A DNA stretch of 64,000 nt from Octopus sinensis (Eukaryota): contig NC_043017.1 in NCBI RefSeq assembly GCF_006345805.1, positions 1,240,001-1,304,000 of the forward strand, written 5' to 3'. This document shows, in pieces, positions 13,804 through 29,284 of the stretch. Made by a program: the position numbers and the translations under genes. The notes under the pieces are model-generated. The model saw only the letters and a program-made list of their open reading frames with translations, had not been told where the DNA came from and did not search any database. Position 1 is the first letter of the stretch. Every line of letters begins with the position of its first letter.

Positions 13804-14267
13804 CGTATATATATGTATATATATATATGTATATATATACTTATATGTATGTATATACATATATATACATATGTATACACACATAAATATCTATTTATGT
13901 AGGTATGTGTGTATATATATATACATACATATATATATGTATGTATATATATATATGTATATATATTCTGCATATACATATATGTTGGTATGTATAAGGT
14001 TATACAAAAGTTTCTAAACTTTTGCGATTCTATGGAATGATTATTGGTTGGATCCCGAAGGACATAAAGCTATAAATAATAGCATATGAATATTGGGTTG
14101 AAAAACTCTTTTCAAAGCAATATTCTAAAAGCAACCTTCGACATTTTCAACGCATTATTTATATACTATTCTAATACTTCTTGGAATAAATTACTATTAC
14201 ACATACACATACACACATAGACACACACACAAACACACTATACATATATGTGTGTGTGTGTGCTTGT

Positions 14268-14329
<62 letters not shown>

Positions 14330-15964
14330 ATTATATACACATACGTGTATGTTTAAGATGTTTTATATACGTGTGAACGTGTGTGTGTTTTCATGTGGGT
14401 GGGTGTATATATATACATACAAATATATAAATTGACAGAGAGAGAAGGATAAGGAGAGAGAGGGGAAGAAAGATGCTAGTACGAATAAACAAGATTAGGC
14501 TTGATCTATATAGAAATATACATACATACACATATATATGTAGATATATATAGACTCATATGTAGAAGGAAACGAATGGTAAAAATATTTCACATTCAAA
14601 TTGATGTGTCCATATATATATACACATATTTTTATACTACATGTATATCTATCTGTAAACATATATAATCATTTATATTGTTGTATAATTGTTTTCTGGT
14701 TTTCTTTTTCTATATAAAGTCTCTGAATGCACACACCACACAACACACACACCACACACACACACACACACACACCATATATATATATTATATTATATAT
14801 ATATATTAATATATATATATAATATATATATATATACATATATACATATACATGAGAATGGGCTTTAACTATATGACATTTTGGTTGCCTATGTTGGGGC
14901 CCAAATATTCTCACTCTTCACTGGTCCCACTTCCGACATATAGAACCGTTATATCGATGAGATTGGTCCCTAGTGAAGAGGCACGTTGTATAACTACGTG
15001 ATTTCGGCTTCACTTCTATTGCCCGCCACGTCAGACAATTGACTTCTACTGTGCTCCGGGATCAACCAGTACATTGCAAGTGGTTTTGGTAGACGGAAAC
15101 TGGGCGTCGGGTCGCCGTATATATATATATCTGTGTGTTTGTGCGTATGTAAGGGATTATCAATCCGGGCAGAATACTTTATAAGACATAGAGATAAACT
15201 CCGGCAACCGGAAAAAGTCAGGACGCCTACAACATTACTTCCTGCTGGACTTATCATCATAGTCCCCATTGCAGCAGAATGGCAGCCATGATATCGACAC
15301 ATTGACACTATTGACAGGTTTACTCCATTCGCTCGCTGATCCATAGAGAAATAGGGAATAACCTCCTAGTGGATTAATGCTACCTTCGTTAGACCTCGGA
15401 ACCTGCCACAGGAATGCGCGGTGTTCTTTACTGAGGTAAGGAATATTGTTAGCCAGGTGTACTAACAAAAGCTTCTAAAGTATTAAGTCTCTGTATCCTC
15501 TCTCTCTCTCTCTCTCTCTCGTTTTCTCTCCCTTTACATACCTACATACCTACATACCTACATACATACATACGTACATACATACATACAAACATACATA
15601 TATATATATATAGATATACGTATATATGAGTTAGAGGGTAGACATAATAAATATCCAATATACAACTGCAGGTATAGCTATACTTATATATATATATATA
15701 TGTGTGGGGGGGGGGTGCGTGTGTATGTATTTATATACATACATACATGACGGCACGGTTTTGTGAGACTAAATTCTTCGAGGCGGTGTCCCATCATGTC
15801 TGCTGTTCAATTTAAGAATGAAGTTAAAAAGAGATTATCCATTTATGGTAAGATTTAACGTTGTCATATAAAATTTTGCTTGTCATTCTCAATGCTGTTG
15901 TAACTTGAAATTTTGTCTGACATGTCAGTCTTACGCTGTCGTGACGGTTGTGATGTATGGAAGA

Positions 15965-16060
15965 ATAACGATAACAATAATAACAACAACAACAATATAA
16001 ATAATAATAATAATAATAATAATAACGGTAGTAGAAATAGTAGTAGTAGTAGTAGTAGCG

Positions 16061-16094
<34 letters not shown>

Positions 16095-16222
16095 CAGTAG
16101 TAGGAAGAAGAAGAAGAAGGAGAAGAAGAAGAAGAAGAAGAAGAAGAAGAAGAAGAAGAAGAAGAAGAAGAAGAAGAAGAAGAAGAAGAAGAAGAAGAAG
16201 AAGAAGAAGAAGAAGAAGAAGA
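15965..16222 (+). repeat. (AAT)n-(AGT)n-(AAG)n compound array
   Basis: Direct read. Confidence 0.95.
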
Positions 16223-17726
16223 TTAATATGACGAGCAGGAATATTTTCGGAAGTCTCCTCTATATTTGGTCATCTGCCAAATTATCGAGATGTTCAGCAA
16301 GAAGCAGTTGGGGAAAAATTTTAAGCTAAATCAAGCAAAAATCCCCCTCACAAAGACTGTTGAGCTGTCATTCTAAGCTAAACATAGCTTTTGTTCTTCG
16401 TAGATGCTCCATAACATAACAGAATACACCATTCATTCATTCTTCAAGTAAATCCGGTAATCACTTTAACGCTGCCAATATTCGGATTAGAGGCGATTTG
16501 TGCTACATCTAGACGGCAAAGTCTCCGTTGAATATATTTTCCCTCCACAACGCAGTTATCTTGCCTATTATACCTCCGAGAGTCTGTCTAACCGAGTGCA
16601 TGTGATGGGGTTTCTTGAAATGCGCTGTTTTGTGTTTGGATCAGCATCATTTCAAGCCATAGAGGAATCATAGGTGAGTGGTGAGTGTATATTTGTATGT
16701 GTGTGTGTGTGTGTGTGCGTGCGTGTATGTGTGTCAATGTGTGTGCATATAGATATGTATATATAATTATATATAAATCTGTAAATGTAATATGTGACAA
16801 TTATTCGGTAGCCATGATAAAACTCCGAGTTTCAGATGAACATTTTTACTCCCTTACTTTTATCCCACCTTTCACTTAGCGGTCATTGAAATAGTCTTAA
16901 TAACGATCAATCAAACACTAATTTCCCTTTGCTTAATGGTCATTTTCATAGGATTTTTTCCGATGGCCGGAAAGCTGAAGAGATGGCGGCGTGCATTTCC
17001 AGCCCGACATCCGAAACTCGGAGTTTTATCATGGCTGCCGAATAATTGTCACATGTTACATTTACAGATAAATTTCTCTATTTACATAATATCGAGGTCC
17101 CATTCTTTCTTTTGTTGTCTTACCTTTTCTATTAATTTATATATATATACACAAATATATAATCAAAATAAGCAACAGGATATCCAGAGGTAATGCAGTA
17201 CGATCGTTTCAAGCGACTCCATTTAATTGAACAATGCAACCATTACTTCAATTTAAATTCAGAGCAATCTTCAGCTGCATACATACATAGTAATTAAATT
17301 AAAACACATGGTCACGTTAGTATAATTGTACCTAAAACCTCCAAGAAGGTAAGGAGATTGACAAAGAACATGCTGACTTCACTTCAGCTTGGAAGTTAGT
17401 AAGGTATCAGGAAGAAAGACTTGTTTAATATCTAGCTTGTCATTCTTTTTTGGGGTCAGTTTTAATTTATAGTCTTGTTTATCAAAGCTTTGTATATCAA
17501 AACTCTAAGGCCAAGGAACGGGGAGCAGTGTCTATTAGGGCTGAGGGAGTTGACAGAAATCATGGTGGGTATAGTTATAAAACTATCAAGATTGATTTGA
17601 AGCAATATAATGAAATTTGGTAAAGGAAATTTGAAATGAAGATGTTAGCTGTCAATTAAAGGGGCAAGACTTTAGTAAACCAATCATGGTACTATATTTT
17701 TATATACATATATATGTGTAGATATA

Positions 17727-17965
17727 TACGAGCTGGTACCCAAAAGAAACCGGAATTTTGTATTTCTCGACTTCGTCGCCTTGCTTTTCGAACCCAAGCC
17801 TATTGCATCGGAGGATGTTTACAACTCGTCGCCGAATAATTATACGAAGGGTATCCAAAAGCAACTGGAATTTTTACAATGTTAATTTATTCAGTAAATT
17901 TCCTATGTTTAAACTTTTATCGCCTTCAAAGTATTATCCATTTGAAGCAAATGACTGAAACATGT
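17727..17965. mobile_element. Mariner-like remnants: two TIR-like ends in direct orientation
   Basis: TACGAGCTGGTACCCAAAAGAAACCGGAATTT (17727) and TACGAAGGGTATCCAAAAGCAACTGGAATTT (17843). The minus strand after the second reads ASNG*YFEGDK, like a mariner transposase C-terminus. Confidence 0.55.
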
Positions 17966-19740
17966 AAAAGAGTAAAATATTAGCGACTGTATTAAGGATT
18001 ATAAGTGAAAACTGTGTCTTACCTTTGTTAGCTGAGCGATTAACTCTTCGTAGAGATAACTTTAAGCAGTTATTTTCACTGTCATTTGGCACATGGTGAG
18101 GTACACGATGCAAGGATACGCTTAATGTTAAAGAATGAAGAAACCTTTTCAAAATAAAGGATATAAATATATTGTTCTTCTGCAATACCTTTGCTAACAT
18201 TCGATATTAATTCAAAAACCTGGAAAGCTTATTTATGGGTTCCTTTATTTCTGTTGCAATATTGAATCAACGCAGGCATCAAGTTTAATGTCCTTTACGG
18301 TTTGTGATGAAATAACAAATTTCAACTGCGAGTTGAAAAAATGCAATGGAATATTTCGAATATCCAGTAATGATTGAAGACAAGGAATCTGAGTGATATT
18401 TCTCACATTCAGGAAACATTTAGCGGTGGTGTTTAAGATACTATGGCAATACTTCAAGGTTGAATTGGGAACTTAAAAATTCATGAAGATTAACCTCCGA
18501 GTTAGAAAATAAAAAAATCATCGAACAATTTGCTTGGAATATTCTGAAAGACCAGAATTTAGAATCGGGTGTACCATATACAGTTACTAATAATTCGATT
18601 CGATGCATCAGAACTGTTTAAAATGCTGTGTCAGTATCAGGAAAGTACAAGTATAAACTTTTTCTAACATAGAACTGTAATCTAAAATGCCAAGAGACGG
18701 AAAACGGTGAAAAATGACAAAAAGAAAATTGATAAAAACAAAAATAGTGAAAATCGGCCAGAATTAAGGCATAGAGCTTAGGGAGCTATTGAATGGTTGA
18801 AAGGAACTCAATGTTTTCGAAGTCCTAATTGTGCACATCCCCATAATGGACTTTCAGAAACGTGGGCTTATTCATTGACGTCAGTTAATTATTCTATACT
18901 TTGAGGATAAAATAGGAAACTAAGATGTTTTGACAGTTGAGGTTCAGCAGGAATTCCGGTTGAAAACAAACAAAAGAAACTTCATTCACCTGTTAAGAAG
19001 TTTATTGTGTTAGAACCCTGCGGCGATGATAATCCCTTATCTCCTTGTCTAGTAAAATGGATCATATCAACAGAAATTCCTTAAAAGCTTTCCAGAAGAA
19101 ATGTCTTTCAGTATATACAGACATCTTGAATATTTCCGCTGCGATAACAGAACAAGAGAAGTCGGAAGCCTTGTCACTGATAATCGCTGTGTGGTGCTGC
19201 CATATAAAACATTTATGCTGAAAAACTATTGCACACCTGTTGATGTTTGGTATTCGTGAAAGGAAAAGAAATATTAAACATACCTTTCAATATGTTTGCA
19301 AACAACACTGTCGTGTTGCTGTTAAAATAATAAAGTAAGTTATCAAAACGCTGCTAACATTATAACTCTTGGCAATAACAAAGTCAGGAAAGAAATTAAC
19401 CTTTATGCCCAGTGTGAATAAGTAAACTTTTAATTTATTTCTAGAAGCGATGTTACTTGAGCCCTTGCAGCCATTTAATCTCCAGGGAGAAATAAATCTG
19501 TATGCCTTGTATAAAGAGATAAATTCATAGTTTGCTTTAAGTTGATGTCTCGCTTCTTTAAATAACAAGCAACATTGTCAATAACGTTAATACCATTCTA
19601 CACTCTGCTAATGATAACTTCGAGGGAGAACTGAATCTGTGAATCTTTCGTGAAGAGACTTAGATTCATTTCTCCCTCCTTAGTATTGTAGTAGAGTTAT
19701 GGCTGAATTCCTGAAACCTTGTGAAATTTATTACAGTATA

Positions 19741-19751
19741 ACATAATAATA

Positions 19752-19808
<57 letters not shown>

Positions 19809-19826
19809 TAATACTAATACTAATAC

Positions 19827-19857
<31 letters not shown>

Positions 19858-19887
19858 ACTACTACTACTACTACTACTAATAATAAC

Positions 19888-19922
<35 letters not shown>

Positions 19923-19934
19923 TAATACTAATAC

Positions 19935-19991
<57 letters not shown>

Positions 19992-20003
19992 TAATACTAA
20001 TAC

Positions 20004-20076
<73 letters not shown>
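19741..20076 (+). repeat. (AAT)n array with ACT variants
   Basis: Direct read. Confidence 0.97.
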
Positions 20077-20077
<1 letters not shown>

Positions 20078-20640
20078 GCCCCGATGCAGTGCCAGGCAGT
20101 GGCTCTCGTGGCTTCTAATCATAACTGATTGGAAGTGTCATCATGTACATTGTTTTGTCTTGGTATAAAAGATGGGCTACAGCAAATATTCTGCTCAACG
20201 CCACAGATTTGCTTGTCAGTTGTTTGACCATAACCAGTTGAGCATGTCCCTTTATGGCTGACAATATGTGCATCTCTGATCATGAGCAGAAGTAATGGGG
20301 ATCATTATAGTCATGTGTTGAGAAGAATTCTTTGAGATTTGAATAATTCACCTCTGGAAACATGGGTGTTTCGTTCAACATCCTTAAACAATCCTTATTC
20401 CGGGACCTTTTGAGCGGGATGGGTTACTCGACCGGAAGAAAATTCTAACTGGGCCTCACCTGCAAGGTCATGTGCTGTTTATCTTGATACTAGATCACCA
20501 TGTCGCGCACATATGGTTGTGATATGTGCCTAGTGTACCCTTATCAGACGGGTAGTCATGATGGGTATACTGGGCTTCGTATATTTTACCCCATTGTCAC
20601 TTTGATGACATGCCCTGCTCTCTCACTCAATAATAATAAT
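20077..20640 (+). mobile_element. Dispersed retroposon-like repeat (family C) ending in an (AAT)n tail
   Basis: Second copy at 36181-36690 is colinear over ~480 bp and both end CAATAATAAT; no intact ORF, so LINE 3' end versus SINE is unresolved. Confidence 0.75.
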
Positions 20641-21354
20641 GATAATGAAATTTCTTTTCAGACTATTGCTTTTTGTTAGTTCTGCATAAAATTATTATAA
20701 TGCGAAATCTATTGAGAAGTAAGCTATGACTATTTTCTAATACACAAACTTAATTATGGAACTGTTATGGAAAAAAAAGAAAGAAAGAATGATGAACAGG
20801 TGAAAAAATAGAATTGATGAAACGTCTGGCTTCTACATTCTGGCTCAGCTCAGAATAAGGCTTGCGGCTTCTCTGTACAATGACATTGCTTTCCTATAAA
20901 TATAATACGTAGATATGGAAGAGTTGCGAGGAGAGAAGAGGTAATGTTTAATTGAATCATGTTCCAACAGAAGACTGAAGAATATGACAAAATACACAAT
21001 GGAACTCTAAATTAATGCAGTGAAAGAAAATCTCGGTGGAACCTAAAACACTTGTTAATTTAGAATGAATGAATAAGAAATTCTTCATGTCAATCATGAA
21101 TCTCTTTCCATTGTTCAACAAAGATTAGAAATGGAGGCAGTTTCTGACTGGATAATTGTAGCAAACATCTGTGCTTCGAATTCGGCGTAGTAAGATACAT
21201 TTAAATATGCTTGTATCGCTGCTTGTTGTAGGCTCTGTTTGTTTCGTTAGGACGAGTGTTGGGAGTCGATGGAACAATGTAAGTTATGGAGAATGTAGTT
21301 TTAGAGCGTCTAAATAACCGATACCTTGTGAATGAACCTTGACACACATATATG

Positions 21355-21533
21355 TACGATGTGGTATCAAAAAGCTCCCAGATTAGTTCCGTAGCATGCC
21401 AACAGGTGGCAGCACACGGTTGCGTGCGCAGTGAGAGCTAGCAGTGACCTTCATGCGGCATTGTGACGAGTGAAATCGCTGTGTTTACTTCGCAAAGGGT
21501 AGAATTTGTGTCATTGTGATCACATGTCTGCTG
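21355..21533 (+). mobile_element. Left-end fragment of the mariner at 23457
   Basis: Near-identical to ~23457-23635, including TIR TACGATGTGGTATCAAAAAG.TCCCAGATT. Confidence 0.85.
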
Positions 21534-21696
21534 ATGATGAAGAAGCCTATCGGATGGATTTGATCTGAAATCTTAAAGTAAAGCTTTACCACATTCTCTA
21601 TGACAAGCTGACTCTACCCGAATGCCTGAGCGGTAACGATCCTGCTAGTTTGCCGCCTTGTTATAGCCATTAATATTAAATAAAAGATAAGGCTAT

Positions 21697-21900
21697 GGGC
21701 TGGCAGCTTGAGGTCGTTAGCTTGCCGCACTAAATGCTTAGCAGCATTTCGTCCGTTTGTACGTTATGAGTTCTAATTTCGCCGAAGTAATGTCTGCTTT
21801 TCATAAATAGAATAAATACCATAGAAGTACCGTAGCCGATTTAATCAAGTCAGCAGCACCTCCGGAATTTCTGGGCTTGTGCCAAATTTTGAGATCAATA
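21697..21900 (+). mobile_element. SINE family A copy, degenerate
   Basis: AAATGCTTAGCAGCATTTCGTCCG...GAGTTCTAATTTCGCCGA...CTTGTGCCAAATTTTGAGA; similar blocks at 25430-25595 (-), 38440-38590 (-) and 55400-55580 (+). Confidence 0.65.
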
Positions 21901-22935
21901 GGAAATAACATAATTTGATATATTATATAAATATTTCATATTTATAATCGATTAGATCCAGTTCCCATTACGATTATATTCTCTTATTCCATTATTGTAA
22001 AGACATTTCAAGAACGTTGTTTGAATAAAGTAGGAAAATATTTATAGCAACCAGTGTATAGACATGAAGAATTACAACTCTTCTCTCACTAAAGCTCGAA
22101 GTTCGTCGATATATGATTCACAATTAAGCAGATAAGTTCGCAAGAGAATTAACAATGAAAGACCATTAAGTAAAACAATGAACTACTATGAGGTCAGGAG
22201 TTAGCCATCGAAGTCTTCTGCATCTATTAACTGGTCTTGAAATCTTCAAATATATTTGGTTAACTTTACACCTACCGAGTTATACTTAAGATATCTTGTA
22301 TTATTATTATATGAATTACGTTAAATTAGTTGTTATATTCGTGTTAACACTCCATGTTATCTAAGTCTATAATTTTACAATTACATCAATGTGTTGTTCA
22401 GATTATTATCGTAACTGTTTTAAACAGAAAAAAGCTGTTATGAAAATTTATAGATTTTTGCGTTAGAATAGATATAAAAGAGTTTAGGAAACATGAAATC
22501 TCCAAGCATCCCGTTTGCAATTATTGATGCAGCGAGAGAGTAGTCACTTTACTGTGATTTGTCGATGTATTTATTTATTTACTTATTTACTTATTTATTT
22601 ATTTATACATTTATATATATATTTATTGGATACATCATTTTAGTTACTGTTAAATAATACATCATATGGCAATCAATAATACTAATAATAAAGACGATGA
22701 TGTTGATGATGAATGTAGTTGTGAAGATGGTGATGATGATGAAGATTATGATGATGATGATTATGACGCCGACGATGGTGGTGATGATTCTTGTCAAATC
22801 TGCAACGTCGAAAAGAATAGCGAACTAACAGAGTTAAATGTTAACGGAAAACCGAAAGTCTGAAAAAAAAAAATTGTTGGCAATTTTCGTGTTATGAAAT
22901 ATGGTGAGAACAATTTCCAATTTTGAGTTGGTAAA

Positions 22936-22978
<43 letters not shown>

Positions 22979-23333
22979 CACACACACGCACACACACACA
23001 CATAAACACATATACACATTCACTGACAGAAACACTTAAGTGCGATCACAGATGATTCTGTGGTATTCATAATACATATATATATATACGTACTTTCGTT
23101 GCGTAATATATATGTCATTGCTTGATACTCATGGACACAAAATCACATAAACCTACATACAAACACACAGGTATAGATAGAAATATGCATACAGTTGGAT
23201 AACTACATAGATATATATTTATGTGTACGATCATTACTATCATCATCTCAATCATCATCATCACTGTACTCATAATCTTCATCATCTTGACCATCATCAC
23301 CATCATCATAGTTTAATATTTATATATATATAT

Positions 23334-23411
<78 letters not shown>

Positions 23412-23456
23412 GTATAGATAGATAGATAGACAGATAGAGATACACACACATATATG

Positions 23457-24338
23457 TACGATGTGGTATCAAAAAGTTCCCAGATTAGTTGTGTAGCATG
23501 CCAACAGATGGCAGCATACGGTTGCGTGCGCAGTGAGAGCTAGCAGTGACCTTCATGCGGCATTGTGACGAGTGAAACCGCTGTGTTTACCTCGCAAAGT
23601 GTAGGATTTGTGTCATTGTGATCACGTGTCTGCTGTAATCTGCAACGTCGTAATGGACAGGAAACAGCAGCCGGCGTGAAATTTTGCGTTAAATATTGGA
23701 AGTCTGCTGCAAAGACATTGAAGAAACTTCGGCATGCTCAGAGCGAGAGGGAAATGAATAGTATGCCATGTTCCGAGTGGGCGCCTCAAAAGCGGAAGTT
23801 GATGAGAGAGCTGGAAAATTTGCCATGAGCGTCACTCCTGGTAATGTGGCATTGTGCATCGAGAATTCTACCCACGGGCCAGACTGCCAAATGAGTATTT
23901 TATTACGACGTTTTGAAACGATTGAATGAGGGCATTCGGTGAAAGTGACCTGTTCTGCGGAGCACAGAAAATTGGGTTCTTCACCGAGCTCTCCTCACTT
24001 CTACGTTTTTCGCCAAAATCTAAATGATACCGCTTCCACGACTGCTCTATTCACCAGATTTAGCACCTGAAGACTTGTGCGTCTTCTTCAAGATGAAAAT
24101 GCAGCTCAAATGTCGCTGTTTTAACAGCAGCGTCGATATCCAGATCCAATCGCATCAAGTTCTCGACTCGATTACGGAAGACGATTTCCAGGCCGAACTC
24201 CCAGAGTGGCATGAACGATGGGACCGGTGTATTTCTTCGCAAAGTGACTATTTCGAAGGAAATGATGCTAAAACTTAAGTAAATATTTTTTTAATTAATC
24301 ATAACGAATCTGGGAACTTTTTAATAATATATACTCGA
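23457..24338 (+). mobile_element. Internally deleted, decayed mariner (Tc1/mariner) transposon
   Basis: TIRs share AAAAAGTTCCCAGATT. N-terminal remnant (MDRKQQ / VKFCVK) and C-terminal YSPDLAPEDL...WHERWDRCISSQSDYFEG (24024-24278) fit a mariner transposase. Confidence 0.88.
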
Positions 24339-24840
24339 CATGGTGTACTTAGATAGACATGTGAAAAAATACATAGGTAGATATTAGATATTTTATATAA
24401 ATTTTGGAGTATGTTTACTTCAGTGCAATGGCATATGTCTGAGTGTCTGTATATCTGCATGTCTGTACGTCTGTGTTTATACTTGTGAGATAACAAAATC
24501 TCAGCGGTACGGCTGTCACGACGAGATTTACTTATCAAATCTAAAACAGCTATGCATCAGTGCATTGCAGATCTCTTCCAATGCAACTACGTAGATGCTA
24601 ATATAAGCCATTGTTATCTATTATGCTAAATTTGTCTGCATATACATGAAGCTTTAGCAGTAGATTTCCATCCGCATTCTTGCAGATAGACATTATTTCT
24701 GTATTTAATGACTAAATTGATTCCAATAGCGACATGCTTCTCCAGTTGGTTTGCTACATTGCAAAGAATATAGATTTGTTTCTCGTAAAATGGATTAGTG
24801 ACGTAATAATCGATGCTTGTGCAACCTGCATCGTTGCACA

Positions 24841-25250
24841 TTATTCATATTGTGCAGTGTGTTGAATAGAATGATCACCTTAGATCTCTTTACATCTAAG
24901 CGTAATACATAAGGTTAGTAATTTATCATCGTAAGGTCGGGGGTTCAATTCCGGCAGCGGCTGTCGCAGTGTGTGTTGCTTGTGCAAAGAATTTAATTTC
25001 ACGTTGTGTCACACGAGTTGATGGTTTAGCAACTTCCTTCTTGGCAAATTACTCATATTGTGCAGTGTGTCGATTTAAATAATCACCCTAAAACAATTTC
25101 GGTGTAAGCAAAATGCTTACAATTATTGACTCTAGTGATCGTGAGTTTGTAGCTTCGATTCCAACACCAGGTGGCGTGTTATGTGCCCTTGTGCAAGTCA
25201 TTTCATTTCATGTTGCTCCAGTTTACTCAGCTGTAACCGAGTATCAAATC
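24841..25250 (+). mobile_element. Two tandem, degenerate tRNA-SINE heads (~210-bp period)
   Basis: CATATTGTGCAGTGTGT..ATCACC.TA repeated at ~24846 and ~25054, each followed by a B-box-like GGTTCAATTCC or GCTTCGATTCC. Confidence 0.55.
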
Positions 25251-25429
25251 TACAGCAACAACATGAAACGAAGCGTCTTGCACTGTGTTACGCAACGCGT
25301 CACTCGACCTTATGGTTTAGATTCACGAAGTGTCTCATGAGATTAAAAAGAAAAATCTAGGTCCCTGCCACTACATGCAGCACTCCACTATAGCCACAAA
25401 GCCTGACATCTTTGGGAAGAGTGCCAGTC

Positions 25430-25595
25430 CATTTACATCAGCTCCAGTGCTCAACTGGTAATTAATTTATCGACTCGGAAGGGATAAGGGGCAAAGTCAA
25501 CCTTGGTAGAATTTGAAATCATGGGGTAAAAACGGATGACATTTGCTAAGGGTATTTTGTACGGTGAGCTAACGATTCTATAAGCTTGCTGCCTT
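25430..25595 (-). mobile_element. SINE family A copy
   Basis: Reverse complement matches family A blocks (AGAATCGTTAGC...AGTTGAGCACTGGAG). Confidence 0.65.
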
Positions 25596-26366
25596 TGCCT
25601 TAAAGCGAATAAGCCATCGCCAATAATTTTAGTGAAACTAAGATGCATAGTAATTATACTATAACAAATTGCTTTTCAAACGTATTAACTAAGAGAGAAA
25701 AAAATGGTTTGCCTTGATCTGTGTCAGGGACCCGTCAGTGCTCGAAGGAAATGAAAATGTTATTGATAGAGCACAGAGTTTCAGCACCCAATTAAAACAT
25801 AATAAACAAAGCTATGATTAGAAAAAGGAAATCTCTGGTAAATTACACACGCCATCACTGAACTTATAAGGGGTTTCAGCTATATCCGTAGATTCTAATG
25901 AATTATTTTTCTGTTTCTTTTCATTTTGGATTGAGCAACAGAATAAGGATGGCGACGAAGATCCTTATCACTGATGCATCAGAATCACGAGGAAGTAAAT
26001 AGACGTTAATTACACACAGTAAAACCCGGCCCTTAAGCGTATAGGGCAATGAATTGCTTCCTTTAAGAGTCATCAACAGGGGCAGGAAATAGTGATAACG
26101 CGAGTGACCGATAACTAAAAGAATAAGACTGAAAAGATGTCGGTAATGAAAGTTAATGGGAAACCAGTACCTTAGACATTTAATATAGCTCTCAAACCAT
26201 AGCTTAAACACACACATACACACACGCACACAAGTGGCCACACACACATATGCGCACACTCAGAAACATAACATACACGCATACATATATGAGTGTGTGT
26301 GTGTTTTTATATATTTATATATATATATATATATACACACACACATGTATTAATCGAAGTGTATGG

Positions 26367-26400
<34 letters not shown>

Positions 26401-28615
26401 TATATATATACACATTACGGCCGATCTTAGAAATCGGTTCCCCACTAGGGGTTTAACTGAGTGTTGGGAAACCTTACGATTGGTCAGATCGCCTGTGATG
26501 GAAATATAAAACCGTTCCCTTCGATAAATATACCTGCTAAACCAAAAGCTATACGAGTGCATTTTCCTAACTTATGAACGGCTTGCACACACACACACAC
26601 ACACACCCACACATACATGTATTTTTTTAGAATGGGTAATTTTTAGGGCGAAGTGTTGTGTGGTATTACACTAAAAAACTTCTTGGGCAAGGCCAGAACA
26701 TTGCGAGAAAATATATAAGGCATATAACAAACAGAAACTGAACGAAGTTAGTGCTTTACCATATGTCTCTATACGTTGGGGTCGTCGCCCCCGCTTTGTA
26801 TGTATGTATGTATGTATGTATGTATGTATGTATGTATGTATGTATGTATGTATGTGTCTGTGTGTGTCTGTCTGCCTCTCTGTCTATCTATCTGTCTGTC
26901 TCTTTCTCTCTCTCTCTCTCTCTCTCTCGAATGTAAATAATGTAAGCTTTGCCAAACTCTGTAACAATCATTCTTGTCGTTGTTAATAAGTTTATTACCA
27001 ATCCCATATTATGCTTCACCATTTTTGTCAATTTTCAAACTATTATCAGTTAATGTACCCGTTCCTTTCCCCAAAACTCTATGATGTAATTTGAATGGTC
27101 ACAATTATTTTTTGCAGATCGAGTATCACGTAGATGAGCCACATTTGTTTAGTTTCGTTACTTATCTCAAGATCAGGCCAGAATGAATGATTCTATGAAC
27201 AAAGGCCTTCCAAACGTCACCAGATTGCTGCTTATCGTTAGAAATCATGAACCGAGGATTAGTTTACCATTTTCTATCCTTCGTCATTTTATAATTTCCT
27301 TGATTTTCTTTTGTCTTTTAAACTTGGAAAGCAGCGATTTAAGATAGAATTTGCCGACGTAAGAGAGGTTAAGATGTTGAGTTGTTGTATTTTCGGAAAG
27401 CAATACAAGTTGACATCCAGTTTAGGATTTTCGTTATGTAATTACAGCTCTTTACTTAACCCAATACAAAGTAATAGAACTCTCCCTGCTGTCAGATATA
27501 AATAGCCAAACGTAACCCTTCATGCAACTTATTGTATTACATTGTTCTATTCTTCTTCTCGCTATTAGAATACGCTGTTCACAAGATTAACAATGCCAAA
27601 AATTTCGATGCTAAATTGGTGTCATGTATATTTTTACAACCCTATTGTAGAATACGAAAGCATTTTCATTGCAAAAGATTCCTTCTTCCGCTGCATTGTT
27701 CACACTTGCAGCCATTGAGAAGTAGTTTTGTTTATTTATTTTATTACTATTCTGTTTTGTTTTAGTCTTTTTCCCTTTTTTTTTCTTCTTTTTTCCGCTT
27801 CTCCTCTTTTTCAAACACATCTCCGCTTCTTTCAGAACTAACAAAACGCTGTTTATCATTCTATCAGCGAGAAACTAAATACAAATTGCATTAGCATGTT
27901 ATCAACTCTTGGCCTTCTCGTCAAATAAATTTCGCTAAATTGCGTGATTTAAAAAAAAAGGGAATATTCTTATTCACCTTCCCATTAACAAGTACATTTC
28001 ATAACCAAGATAAGAGAGGCACCCGAAAGACCTCTATGGAAGAATTTTACACAAGGTTTCCTGTTTCTTATTAAAGATCTCATGCCTGAGGGTTGGCGAT
28101 AAAAATCAATCAAACGCTTTCCTTCATTGCTTCTGTTTCTTCGTTTTTTCTTGTTCTTTTTTTTTCTCTATTTTCGTTCGAGAAGAAATATTAAAAACTG
28201 CAACAATGGAAACGAAAACAGGATGAATAATATGATTATCAACTGAACAGAAATTTGAATACAGAAATAACAAAAATCCGTAAACACAAGGCCATTCACA
28301 AGTAGATAGATGCTAGATGGCTGCTTTGGTAGATTAACTAAGAATATTTAGCTGTTTGTTATTCAGGATAGCCAAAAGAGTTTCGAGTGAAGACTAAAAC
28401 TTGCGTGTTTGAATTAATAGTTACTGGCATGTTGGTATTTGTTAAGAGAATAAACAGAAATGCTTACATATATACTTATATGTGTGAACTTATGTACATG
28501 TATTTGTGTATGATTGTATACACAAATACTTGTACATACGTGCGCACATTGACGGATATATACATACACGCATACATACATACCAAAACAAATACGCGCG
28601 TAAGAACTTACATAC

Positions 28616-28678
<63 letters not shown>

Positions 28679-29004
28679 TATACATAGATACATATATATA
28701 TGTATACATAAATATGAATATATTTATATATATGTATATATATATATATTTCGGAATGGTCATATTGCCAGTTCAGCCAATAAAAACACACGCACTATAT
28801 ATTTGGTGTTATTTTGCTTCAGTGATATTATTTTTTACATTAATCTTAATCTTATTTCGGCCAAAGTTCTTTCGTCACACTCCTGTGACCGCATCAGTGG
28901 TCCTTTGTTTTCTTCTCACTTACTTGTGTCTCCTTACTAACCGTCAGCCATTTTGTATTTCTATTGTATTGTATAAAAAATCTTGCACAACAAATATTTA
29001 AACG

Positions 29005-29048
<44 letters not shown>

Positions 29049-29221
29049 TATATATATATGTGTGTGTGTATATATATACGTACATACATGCATATATAAA
29101 ATACACACACACATATACAAAGTATGGGGTTTTAATTCAACAGTTTAGCCACACGAATAGTTAAGGTAGGAAAATACAGCCAATAAATTGTTTCCAATAA
29201 TAATAATGTATAGAATAAAAA

Positions 29222-29284
<63 letters not shown>

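Noticed and set aside
19741-20640. Family C as an (AAT)n-targeting element
   Set aside because: Only one of the two copies has an (AAT)n 5' flank; the 3' AAT run is explained as its own tail
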